NCBI GenBank assembly: GCA_036824595.1
Contig: DAISZW010000002.1
Span: 4,154 to 52,323 of the forward strand
DNA length: 48,170 nucleotides
Direction of reading: 5' to 3'
From: Ignavibacteriaceae bacterium
GTDB lineage: Bacteria; Bacteroidota; Ignavibacteria; Ignavibacteriales; Ignavibacteriaceae
This document shows positions 1 through 8,157 of the stretch, piece after piece (the stretch's first letter is position 1; each line of letters begins with the position of its first letter). The notes beneath the pieces are model-generated. The model made no database searches. It saw only the letters and a program-made list of their open reading frames with translations, and was not told the DNA's origin. The position numbers were made by a program, and so were the translations under genes.

Positions 1-1
1 T

Positions 2-439
2 GCAATTCGTAAAGTCCTGGCAAAAATTGATATTAAAGATGTTCTGGAAATCGGCTGCGGTACTGGCAAGAATACTGAATGGCTCTTGACAAAAGCTTCA
101 CAGATTACCGGAGTTGATTTCTCTAAGAAGATGCTGGAAAAGGCCAAAACAAAAATCAAAAATGATAATGTAAGATTTTTACAGGCTGATATCAGGAATG
201 AATGGAATTTCGGAAATGATTTTGATCTGATTACATGCAGTCTCGTTCTTGAGCATATTGAAAATCTGAATTTTATTTTCCAGCAGGCAAATAAAGTATT
301 GGTGAATGAGGGATATTTTTATTTAGGAGAGCTTCATCCGTTCAAGCAGTACAAGGGAACTAAAGCCAGATTTGATACAGAGAATGGTTTATATGAATTG
401 GAATGTTTCACTCATAATATCTCAGAATTTTTCAAATGA
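2..439 (+). CDS. class I SAM-dependent methyltransferase, 5'-partial (continues left of the window); 3' end apparently disrupted by a frameshift
   Basis: The reading frame is open from base 2. It gives AIRKVLAKIDIKDVLEIGCGTGKNTEWL (SAM-binding motif I, GxGxG) upstream of the ORF-track start at 86, followed by DLITCSLVLEHI (motif II-like). The stop is at 437-439. Confidence 0.8.
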   Translation, partial: AIRKVLAKIDIKDVLEIGCGTGKNTEWLLTKASQITGVDFSKKMLEKAKTKIKNDNVRFLQADIRNEWNFGNDFDLITCSLVLEHIENLNFIFQQANKVLVNEGYFYLGELHPFKQYKGTKARFDTENGLYELECFTHNISEFFK

Positions 440-440
440 A

Positions 441-545
441 GCAAAAAGAAATGATTTTGAATGCGTTGACATGCAGGAATGGTTCGATGAGGAAGGTGCA
501 GTGCCTAGATTGCTGACGATGGTATTCAAAAAATATAGCACCTGA
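441..545 (+). pseudogene. displaced C-terminal segment of the same methyltransferase (+1 frame)
   Basis: Directly after the stop, the +1 frame reads AKRNDFECVDMQEWFDEEGAVPRLLTMVFKKYST*. This looks like the usual C-terminal strand region of small class I methyltransferases. Its stop (543-545) lies inside hairpin 539-558. Confidence 0.5.
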
Positions 546-672
546 CTTTAGTCAGGTGAATTAGATACCGGATGCCGGATACAAGATACCGGATACATAA
601 TATTAACACCTAACTTCAGTTAGGTGATTAAAAAGAAAAACCTTTGCTGACATGATAACCGTTTCAACGGTT
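539..672. repeat. three tandem short hairpins (two are paralogous with compensatory changes) plus ATACCGGAT direct repeats
   Basis: H1 is CACCTGAC-TTTA-GTCAGGTG (539-558). H2 is CACCTAAC-TTCA-GTTAGGTG (607-626). H3 is AACCGT-TTCA-ACGGTT (657-672). GATACCGGAT / GCCGGATAC / GATACCGGATAC occur at 564-596. Confidence 0.6.
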
Positions 673-688
673 TATTGAGAAGATGTAA

Positions 689-826
689 TTTCTAGTTGAA
701 GCCTTGAAAAGTCTGGAGTCAAACAAAAAAGCCCACAGGTTTTATGAAGGATTGGGATTTAAGTTTTTAAGGAAGACAATTGTTTTGTTTACAAGCTTAA
801 CAAAGGAAGGATTGGGAGAAATCTAA
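689..826 (+). pseudogene. C-terminal remnant of a GNAT-family N-acetyltransferase
   Basis: A short open frame reads ..EALKSLESNKKAHRFYEGLGFKFLRKTIVLFTSLTKEGLGEI*. The A-x-x-FYE-x-LGF segment is the typical GNAT motif B / C-terminal end. There is no upstream N-terminal part (stop at 686-688). Confidence 0.4.
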
Positions 827-868
827 ATTCCGAAAACTTTCCTGATGCCCTTAGGTTCGAAACCCGAA

Positions 869-903
869 ATTCGTACGTCGTAAATCGTAATTCGCAAATC
901 GTA
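869..903. repeat. degenerate 7-bp tandem repeat x5 (ATTCGTA CGTCGTA AATCGTA ATTCGCA AATCGTA)
   Basis: Read directly from the sequence. It lies between the GNAT remnant and the 3' end of the GH3 gene. Confidence 0.6.
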
Positions 904-930
904 ATTAAATGAGTTTATCTGCAGTTGAAC

Positions 931-3708
931 TTATTCTACTGCAAATGTATCCATCAGCTTGATATCCTTTGATGAACTTCCAACTTGTATTTCAAATTCT
1001 CCCGGCTCTACAATAAAATCATTTGTTCTAATATCATAGAATGATAATTCTGAAGCCGGTAAAGTAAATGACACTGTTTTGCTTTCATTTGACTCGAGAG
1101 TAATCCTCTTAAATCTTACCAGCTTATGAACCGGTACTTTTACAGATGCTTCCAAATCTTTTACATAAACCTGAACTACTTCATCGCCTTTATACTTGCC
1201 GGTATTTTTAATGGTGCAATGAATTTCAATTTCTTCATCCTTTTTTATTTTATCTGCATTTAATTTCAGATTGCCGTACTCAAATGAAGTGTAAGAAAGT
1301 CCGTGGCCGAAAGGATAGAGTACAGGCTTTTCAAAATACATGTAAGTACGTCCGTTATTTATTATATCGTAATCGGAAAATGGAGGAAGCTGATCCGTTG
1401 ATGCATAAAATGTTTCGGGAAGTTTTCCTCCCGGATTTACATCGCCGAATAAAATATCGGCTAAAGCTGTCCCGGTTGATTGGCCTGTATACCATGCTTC
1501 GACTATTGCTTTTGCATAATTCTCCGTTCCGGCTAATGCAATGGGTCCCCCATTAATAAGAACTATAACAATATTTTTATTCACTTCTGCAATTTTTTTA
1601 ACTAATTCTCTCTGCACTTCGGGGAGCTCAATTTCATTCCTGTCCAGTTCCTCTTCAGCTATTCCCGGTGAAGTTCCCAGCATAAGAATAACCAGGTCTT
1701 TATTCTTTGCGACTGCTATTGCTTGTTCAAAATCTTTCTGCCCGAGATCCCATGTCAATCTTGCCGCTGCCCCAAGACTATTATCAAAGTGCTCAAACTT
1801 CACTTCATATTCTTTACCGGGCAGCAATTCTACAGAGGCGCTGTTAGGTTTTTCTCCATGTTCCGTCCAGTCTTCAAATAATAATTTATTATCTAAGTAA
1901 AGGCGTGCACCGTCGTCTGTACGTGTTCCTAAAATGTTTATCCGTTCAGGCGGTTTTATCTTACCGGTCCAGCGGATAGAAAACTTATCGTTAGGCACAC
2001 CGGGGCCAGGTGGCCGTGTACCAAAGCTGAAATCAATCATCGGATCTATACGCGTTAGGACAGGTTCGCCGGTTAAATTCATGTTGTCAAAATATTCCCC
2101 TTTCATTCCTGTTTTTCCTGCCCCTTCAACTTCAGTGAAATACTTTGCATCTATCGGGCTCATCAGGCCGCCGCCGATATCGCACCCTTTTACATAATCC
2201 ACTTTTATCCCGAAAGATGATGCTTTTGTTTCAATCCCTTCTAAAGGACTAACTGCAATGTTCGGCCAGCCGCTGTAAATCCCGAGCTCAAGTTCTTCCG
2301 CATTCGGTCCTATAACCGCTATTGATTTAACTTTATTTTTATCAATCGGAAGAATGCTGTCATTCTTCAAAAGAACAATTGCCTTATGTGCAGCTTCAAG
2401 CGCTAGGTCACGGTGTTCTTTGCTGTCTAGTTTTTCTTCAGGAATATTTGAATAAGGTACAAGTTCAGGCGGATCAAATTCACCGAGACGGAATCTTGCC
2501 GAAAGAACTCTCTTCACAGCTTTATCAATATCTTTCTCTTCAATCAAATCCTGATCCAGTGCGTCTTTAAGATAAAGGCGGTAATATTCGCCGCAATTTA
2601 AATCGCAGCCTGCAAGAACACTTTTTGCTGCGGCTTCCGGACCTGTTTTATAAAAATGGTGGCCGTTAACCATATCATTAATTGCTCCGCAGTCTGAGAC
2701 AACATAGCCGCTGAATCCCCACTGACGCCTGAGAACATCCGTCAGCAAGTAAGGATTTGCACAGCACGGTACATGGTTCAACTCATTGTATGCACCCATA
2801 ATGGAATAAGCCTTACCAACTGTAATTGCATTTTTAAATGCGGGCATAAAATATTCCCACAAGCTGCGCATGTCAACGTCCGATGAACCGCTGTGGCGGC
2901 GGGCTTCTTCGTTATTTGCAATGAAGTGTTTAGGAGTTGAAACAGTCTTTAAATAATACGGGTGATCGCCCTGCATTCCCTTTATGAAAGCAACTCCCAT
3001 CTGCGAAAGGAGGTAAGGATCTTCGCTGTACGATTCTTCATTCCTTCCCCAGCGTGGATCACGTGCAATATTAATTGTAGGACTCCAGTATGTAAGCCCT
3101 TTCTTTTCAATTTTATTTTTTACTCTTGCTTCATCTGAAATAGCTGATGCAATCCGGAAAATAAGATCGGGATCCCAGGTAGATCCCATTGCAACTGCCT
3201 GCGGAAAAGAGGTTGTCCCCCTGTCGAGTATTCCGTGCAAAGCTTCACTCCAGTAATTATATCTGGAAATACCGAGGCGCGGAACTGCCGCTGCCTGATT
3301 AGCCAATTGACTTATTTTTTCTTCTATAGTCATTAAGCTAACAAGATCGTTCAGCCGCTGTTCATAGGAATTAGGTTCGAATACATTTACAATGATGGTA
3401 TCACTCGCTTTATTATCCGTGCCGTTTGCCGAAAGCAGGAGCATGTAATAACCGGGACGGGGGAATGTTACATTGGTTCCAGGATCAGAATCATCTTTAA
3501 ATTCAACCTGCTGATTCTGAGGACAGCTCCATTTTATTTTTATATCATTAGGTGATCTGCTGTTTAATTTTAGCGTAGGCGTTTTACTGAAGTCAAGGAA
3601 TTGATTTGAACCGGCATCGACCTTAAAGGATTGAGGCAGGAGTAAAGAATTAAGAAAGATTAAAACTGCAACAGTTCCTAATAAATTCTTTATAAGAATA
3701 AGATTCAT
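931..3708 (-). CDS. secreted glycoside hydrolase family 3 (beta-glucosidase/beta-xylosidase type) with PA14 insert
   Basis: 925 aa with an N-terminal hydrophobic signal-like segment and an Ig/PKD-like N-terminal domain. GH3 motifs are KHFIANNEE and GYVVSDCGAI (nucleophile Asp context). The PA14-like segment reads GEYFDNMNLTGEPVLTRIDPMIDFSFG...RLYLDNKLL. There is a C-terminal fibronectin-like domain. Confidence 0.9.
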   Translation of the reverse strand: MNLILIKNLLGTVAVLIFLNSLLLPQSFKVDAGSNQFLDFSKTPTLKLNSRSPNDIKIKWSCPQNQQVEFKDDSDPGTNVTFPRPGYYMLLLSANGTDNKASDTIIVNVFEPNSYEQRLNDLVSLMTIEEKISQLANQAAAVPRLGISRYNYWSEALHGILDRGTTSFPQAVAMGSTWDPDLIFRIASAISDEARVKNKIEKKGLTYWSPTINIARDPRWGRNEESYSEDPYLLSQMGVAFIKGMQGDHPYYLKTVSTPKHFIANNEEARRHSGSSDVDMRSLWEYFMPAFKNAITVGKAYSIMGAYNELNHVPCCANPYLLTDVLRRQWGFSGYVVSDCGAINDMVNGHHFYKTGPEAAAKSVLAGCDLNCGEYYRLYLKDALDQDLIEEKDIDKAVKRVLSARFRLGEFDPPELVPYSNIPEEKLDSKEHRDLALEAAHKAIVLLKNDSILPIDKNKVKSIAVIGPNAEELELGIYSGWPNIAVSPLEGIETKASSFGIKVDYVKGCDIGGGLMSPIDAKYFTEVEGAGKTGMKGEYFDNMNLTGEPVLTRIDPMIDFSFGTRPPGPGVPNDKFSIRWTGKIKPPERINILGTRTDDGARLYLDNKLLFEDWTEHGEKPNSASVELLPGKEYEVKFEHFDNSLGAAARLTWDLGQKDFEQAIAVAKNKDLVILMLGTSPGIAEEELDRNEIELPEVQRELVKKIAEVNKNIVIVLINGGPIALAGTENYAKAIVEAWYTGQSTGTALADILFGDVNPGGKLPETFYASTDQLPPFSDYDIINNGRTYMYFEKPVLYPFGHGLSYTSFEYGNLKLNADKIKKDEEIEIHCTIKNTGKYKGDEVVQVYVKDLEASVKVPVHKLVRFKRITLESNESKTVSFTLPASELSFYDIRTNDFIVEPGEFEIQVGSSSKDIKLMDTFAVE

Positions 3709-3740
3709 AATTATTCTCCATTTGAAGAAGATAACTGATT

Positions 3741-3767
3741 AGAGTACTTAGTAATTTTAAGTGCTCT
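3741..3767 (-). terminator. candidate stem-loop downstream of the GH9-like gene
   Basis: AGAGTACTT / AAGTGCTCT form a 9-bp stem (one G-U pair) with a 9-nt loop, about 105 nt after the stop at 3873. There is no clear U-tract. Confidence 0.25.
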
Positions 3768-3872
3768 CTGTGTATCAGTGTTAAAACAATTAACCACTAA
3801 GATCACAAGACCACAATTTCAAACTATTTCTCTTTTGAACAGCCTCTATGAATGCAACACATTATCTATGAA

Positions 3873-6524
3873 TTATTTATTTTTCTCGTTTAATATTTTA
3901 TCCGCCGCTATTACAGAGAACATATAATAGCAGGGAGCGGTTATAATATATTCCCTTTCCTGCCAGAGGAACGGCCAGATTTTATCTTCTGCATAATCCG
4001 GACTTACAAGATTAACGGCATTCCAGAATGTGCCGCCCGGTATGTAACTCCAGTCGGCCCTGTTTGTACCGTAAGCAATTGTAGGAGAACTAGCTCCGAC
4101 CCCGGAAACCAGACTATTTGTAGTATTGCCGGGACGGCATCCAAGAAGATAATTTATAATATTATACATATGATCCGCAGGATATAACTCCGGCCAATAT
4201 TTATATAAGAAATATTGCCTGAAAGCGATATATTCTGTATGTGCCATTGGGGACCCGAATGGGGATTCCTTAAGCATTCTATCCACTTCCGGTTTAAAAT
4301 CAGCGGCGGCTTTGTTTACTGAATCTTTAAATTCGGGACATTCAATACGTTCTAAAACTGCTCCTAAAGTCCATCCAATCCAGCGAAAATTATTTTTTAT
4401 CTGCGGGGACAATTTGCAAAGCTCCTCTTTATATTCCTCTTTATTTGTTGTAAGAATCAATTCAACAAGTGTGTGTATTTTTTGAGATCCCCTCCAGCGT
4501 CCCCATGCTGCCTCATCATCTTCTTCTCCATCACCACCTTTATTCTTCTGCCATAAATCCTCCGCTGTCTCAATACATTCCTTGGAAAGCTGCGGATCAT
4601 AATCCTTCAGTACACGGGAAGCGGCAGCCAATGCGGCTGCGCCGATTAATTGCCAGGCTGCATTAGTCTCCATAAAAACCAAGCGGTCATCAAGCTCGGG
4701 TACAACCAGTTCTATCTGTTTCAGATTCAACGCCGGATCGAAAGTGTTTGAATAGCGGTTGGCTACTTTTTTAAACCACAGCTCATCAAATGAAGCAGCT
4801 TTTTTTCTCATCTCTTCATTATTAAAAACTTTATTATCCGTATGAGTTCCGGCATCTCCCAGATGAACATACTGTCTTAAGGAAGGAACAATAATTCCGC
4901 GGTATAATTTTCCCATCTGCCGGTAGCCTGATAAAATTGCAAGCACACCATGCTCAACCTGCTGGAGTATATCATTTTTGCCATCCGGCTGATGCAGCTC
5001 TACATGGCGGTTTTTCTGATCGATAAATGTTTGGTCATACTCAGTACCAAATTCTTCGAAAATATATGCAAGTGCTAAAACCGTTTGTGCCTGCGATTCA
5101 ATTCTAAGATCGTAATCTCCCGCATCATGCCATCCGCCGATATTTAAGCCCGGCACCGGCTCCAGCGGTTTAAATTGCGATAATGTTGAAGTTTCCTTCT
5201 CATTATTGTAACCGTCAAAGTGCCTGATGTTCAGTGGCGCCATCAATGCATCATCGAGATGACAGACGCCATGCCAAACCCGGTATTTCTGATTGACACG
5301 CATATGGCACATCTGAACAGGAACAAAATATTCTATAGTCGGCTGCCACACATGCCGCTTATAAACATTCTTATTTATGCTGAATACATTTGTTGTAAAA
5401 TCGCCATACTTAATCAAATACATCCCTTCTTCTTTAATTTCCGAGAAGTCAAACTTTGCATACTGATAGCGCAAATACTTTCCCCATTTTTCAGGAGCTT
5501 GTTTTTTTATGAGTGTGTAACTGCCAGTGCTTTCAAGCTTCATTAAAGATACATCATACAGCGATTTATCATTTTTATCAAGCTCGATAAAAGCGGTTTT
5601 AGGCTGTTCGGGATGATAACCAACCTGACTTAAATGGACAACCGGTTTATCAATCCATCCGGGAATGACATTAGGCGAAATTTTCCATTGAATTGCTCCT
5701 TTAGTTGCTCCGGCAGGAATTATTGAACGCACTGTAAACCAGCCGTTATTATGTTTAAGAGCTCCGTCAAGGAGCTGGATTTTAACATCCGGGCTTTCAA
5801 TAACCATACGAAGCAGATCGCTTTCCGGGGCAACAACAAGTTTGTTTCCTTCCGCTAACGGCACCGCTTCTGCTTCCTTTTCAGGATTAAAATAGGTGGG
5901 CCCGTTTGCCTGGCGCGGAAATATTCCGCTGGTATTATCCATAAAATATGTCTTGCCGTAAAGATCGCCTGGAAATAACTCAAGAATATATCCGACTCTG
6001 CCGATCCATTCATCAGGAACCGGTTCTTCAAGATCGACAGTTATTCTAAATGATTTACCTTCGGCTTTAACACGTACTGTATATTTGAGATTCAATTCGG
6101 GATAGATAATCGGGTTAAATCCCTGGCGCGATCTGCTGCTGTCGGGGTAGCTGCATGGCATAATTATTTCATTATTCACCGAATCAACAATACGGCTTGT
6201 AAGTCCTACTTCCTGCGGACTTACGCCTCGTGCTTCATACCCCACTCCCAGCTTCGGAATCGGCTGCCATTGTCCGGGTGAAGGACTTAAGCGCAATTCA
6301 CCGTTAGTTGCTACACGGCTTCCATGCTGAATAATTTCAACACCGCCCTGGTGTCCTTCCGGAAAAGTATTATTATAAACCAGTACATTAAGCCCGGGCA
6401 TTTCAAAATAACCGGCTTCACCGATAACCAATCCTTTTTCCTGAGCATATCCGACAGAAACACATATAAAAAATATTATTAATAGAAAGGAAAAACCGTA
6501 AGAAGCTTTGCAAACTTTATTCAT
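3873..6524 (-). CDS. secreted glycoside hydrolase family 9-like protein with Ig-like (CelD_N-type) domain and long N-terminal extension
   Basis: 883 aa with a signal peptide (FLLIIFFICVSVGYAQE). An Ig-like segment (VVHLSQVGYHPEQPKTAFIELD) precedes the catalytic domain. The GH9 DAGD motif is present (NIGGWHDAGDYDLRIE). The C-terminal WQEREYIITAPCYY loosely resembles GH9 signature 2. The first ~290 aa are not recognisable to me. Confidence 0.65.
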   Translation of the reverse strand: MNKVCKASYGFSFLLIIFFICVSVGYAQEKGLVIGEAGYFEMPGLNVLVYNNTFPEGHQGGVEIIQHGSRVATNGELRLSPSPGQWQPIPKLGVGYEARGVSPQEVGLTSRIVDSVNNEIIMPCSYPDSSRSRQGFNPIIYPELNLKYTVRVKAEGKSFRITVDLEEPVPDEWIGRVGYILELFPGDLYGKTYFMDNTSGIFPRQANGPTYFNPEKEAEAVPLAEGNKLVVAPESDLLRMVIESPDVKIQLLDGALKHNNGWFTVRSIIPAGATKGAIQWKISPNVIPGWIDKPVVHLSQVGYHPEQPKTAFIELDKNDKSLYDVSLMKLESTGSYTLIKKQAPEKWGKYLRYQYAKFDFSEIKEEGMYLIKYGDFTTNVFSINKNVYKRHVWQPTIEYFVPVQMCHMRVNQKYRVWHGVCHLDDALMAPLNIRHFDGYNNEKETSTLSQFKPLEPVPGLNIGGWHDAGDYDLRIESQAQTVLALAYIFEEFGTEYDQTFIDQKNRHVELHQPDGKNDILQQVEHGVLAILSGYRQMGKLYRGIIVPSLRQYVHLGDAGTHTDNKVFNNEEMRKKAASFDELWFKKVANRYSNTFDPALNLKQIELVVPELDDRLVFMETNAAWQLIGAAALAAASRVLKDYDPQLSKECIETAEDLWQKNKGGDGEEDDEAAWGRWRGSQKIHTLVELILTTNKEEYKEELCKLSPQIKNNFRWIGWTLGAVLERIECPEFKDSVNKAAADFKPEVDRMLKESPFGSPMAHTEYIAFRQYFLYKYWPELYPADHMYNIINYLLGCRPGNTTNSLVSGVGASSPTIAYGTNRADWSYIPGGTFWNAVNLVSPDYAEDKIWPFLWQEREYIITAPCYYMFSVIAADKILNEKNK

Positions 6525-6758
6525 AATTCCGTTCCTTATGAAAAATTATTGATGTAAAATGTGAATGGAAATTACTTCTGGAATTTTAGCGCCGTAAAAT
6601 TAAGGATTATCCTTATAAATTGTTAATTATACCTGCTTTTCCTGATAATCTGAATCACTCATAATCTTCCATAATTTTTTAAGAAAATTAATTTTAGTTA
6701 TGTTAATCTGTCTTCATGGTTAGATAATAAAGAAAAATGATAAACAGCGGAGCGCAGC

Positions 6759-7289
6759 ATGCAGGAAATATCACCATTAAATAAAATTCCTAATCTGGCT
6801 GATCTCGGGAATGTTATTCCGGATGGATATAAATATTCCAAGAAACGATTCACCCCGGGGGAACAGCTGAACCTGAATGGAGCTTGTTTTAAATGGTATA
6901 ACCTTTCCCCTGTTGATGCAGAAATTACAGAGGATCAGGTTGCTGAAGCGAGGAGATTCCTCGAATCAGAATCGGAAAATGGAAGGCTTACTTTTAAAGA
7001 TGAACTTGGCTTCATAATTCTGCACAGAGCAGGAGATTATCTCCTGCTTCTTGCAACAACCTGGCGGCTTACCAATGAAATGTGGGAATCAATATTTTTG
7101 AAAAAAGCCGTCGGATCCGAAAATTATAAACCCCTTAAATTCGATACCGATCATAAAGGGACCTATTGTGTTTGGGAGCTTGGAGCAGTCTGGCATGAGA
7201 GAAATGCCTGGGTAAGGTTTATTGAATCAAAGAGGGACTCAGAAGCCAAGCTGGCTTATCTTAGTGATTCGTTCAAAGAAGAAGTATGA
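6759..7289 (+). CDS. hypothetical protein (176 aa)
   Basis: Clean ORF with non-repetitive composition. It is divergent from the GH9-like gene. I recognise no motif. Confidence 0.6.
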   Translation: MQEISPLNKIPNLADLGNVIPDGYKYSKKRFTPGEQLNLNGACFKWYNLSPVDAEITEDQVAEARRFLESESENGRLTFKDELGFIILHRAGDYLLLLATTWRLTNEMWESIFLKKAVGSENYKPLKFDTDHKGTYCVWELGAVWHERNAWVRFIESKRDSEAKLAYLSDSFKEEV

Positions 7290-7413
7290 ATTCTGCATTT
7301 TAATAATTCTATGGAAAATATCGATGCGGGCTTTATATTTCATTTAAAGAGGAGTAATTTTCATTTCTTTGATTCCACTGCATCTACGTAAATGTTGATG
7401 GTTATTTGTATAA

Positions 7414-7893
7414 TCAGGCAGATTTTACCTCACTTTGGATTTCCACTTTTATCTTTGTCTTTACAGAATTGGCGATAAAACATTTTTCATGCGCAAGATG
7501 ATGCAATTCATCAATTTCATTTTGCGAAGGAATTCTACCTCCCGAAAAAATTATTTTAGGTTTTAAAATAATTTCTGGCATAGCAAGCTTCCCATTCCCA
7601 TCTTTTGCCAAAATTCCTTCTGCTTCATCTTCGTAACTTTCTACAATAAAATTTTTCCCTGCTGCAATTGATAAGAACCAGAGCATGTGACAGCTTGAGA
7701 TGGATGCAACGTATGCCTCCTCAGGATCAACGGCGGATTCATCGGACATTGGAAGAGGAACAACGTGAGGAGAAGACGATGCCGGCAATTCGATGCCGCC
7801 GTCAAAAATCCATTTATGGGCCCTGCTGTATTTTTTATCCGTAAAAACCTCAGCGGGATTTTTCTTCCAGAGAATTTTAACATTGTATGACAT
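7414..7893 (-). CDS. OsmC/Ohr-family protein (peroxiredoxin-like)
   Basis: 159 aa with the two conserved Cys contexts typical of OsmC-like proteins (SISSCHMLWFL and HEKCFIANSV). Confidence 0.8.
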   Translation of the reverse strand: MSYNVKILWKKNPAEVFTDKKYSRAHKWIFDGGIELPASSSPHVVPLPMSDESAVDPEEAYVASISSCHMLWFLSIAAGKNFIVESYEDEAEGILAKDGNGKLAMPEIILKPKIIFSGGRIPSQNEIDELHHLAHEKCFIANSVKTKIKVEIQSEVKSA

Positions 7894-8033
7894 TTAACCT
7901 CCGAAGGTCATCTATAAGAAAATGGATTAATTACCATTCCTGAAAAAGAATTTATGCTTAAAAAATTTTCAACAATCAACGCTCAATTATCAATGTTCAC
8001 TTCTGTTTTAAATTGAAAGATTGATTATTGATC

Positions 8034-8060
8034 GTTCTCCAAAGGACTCCTTTGGAGAAC
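8034..8060 (-). terminator. near-perfect 27-bp palindrome downstream of the cyclase gene
   Basis: GTTCTCCAAAGGA-C-TCCTTTGGAGAAC lies about 100 nt after the stop at 8158. An outer imperfect pairing joins 7981-7998 with 8057-8067. There is no U-tract on either strand. Confidence 0.35.
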
Positions 8061-8157
8061 ATTGAGCATTCTTCTTATAAAAAGATAGTGAATAAAGATA
8101 TTTGAATACTTTTATTTCATCTTTGATGAAGTTCATAATAATAACTTAGACTTAGAT

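Noticed and set aside
1284-2570. Four plus-strand ORFs (1284-1556, 1541-1900, 1934-2197, 2379-2570) inside the GH3 gene
   Set aside because: They lie entirely antisense to a 925-aa ORF with clear GH3/PA14 motifs. Their translations are low-complexity and motif-free. They are typical shadow ORFs.
7377-7400. Possible degenerate copy of the CATCTACGATGTT hairpin motif (GCATCTACGTAAATGTTGATGG)
   Set aside because: It shares only an 8-mer and a 5-mer with the 46380-46396 hairpin, and it does not form a comparable stem. This is likely coincidence.
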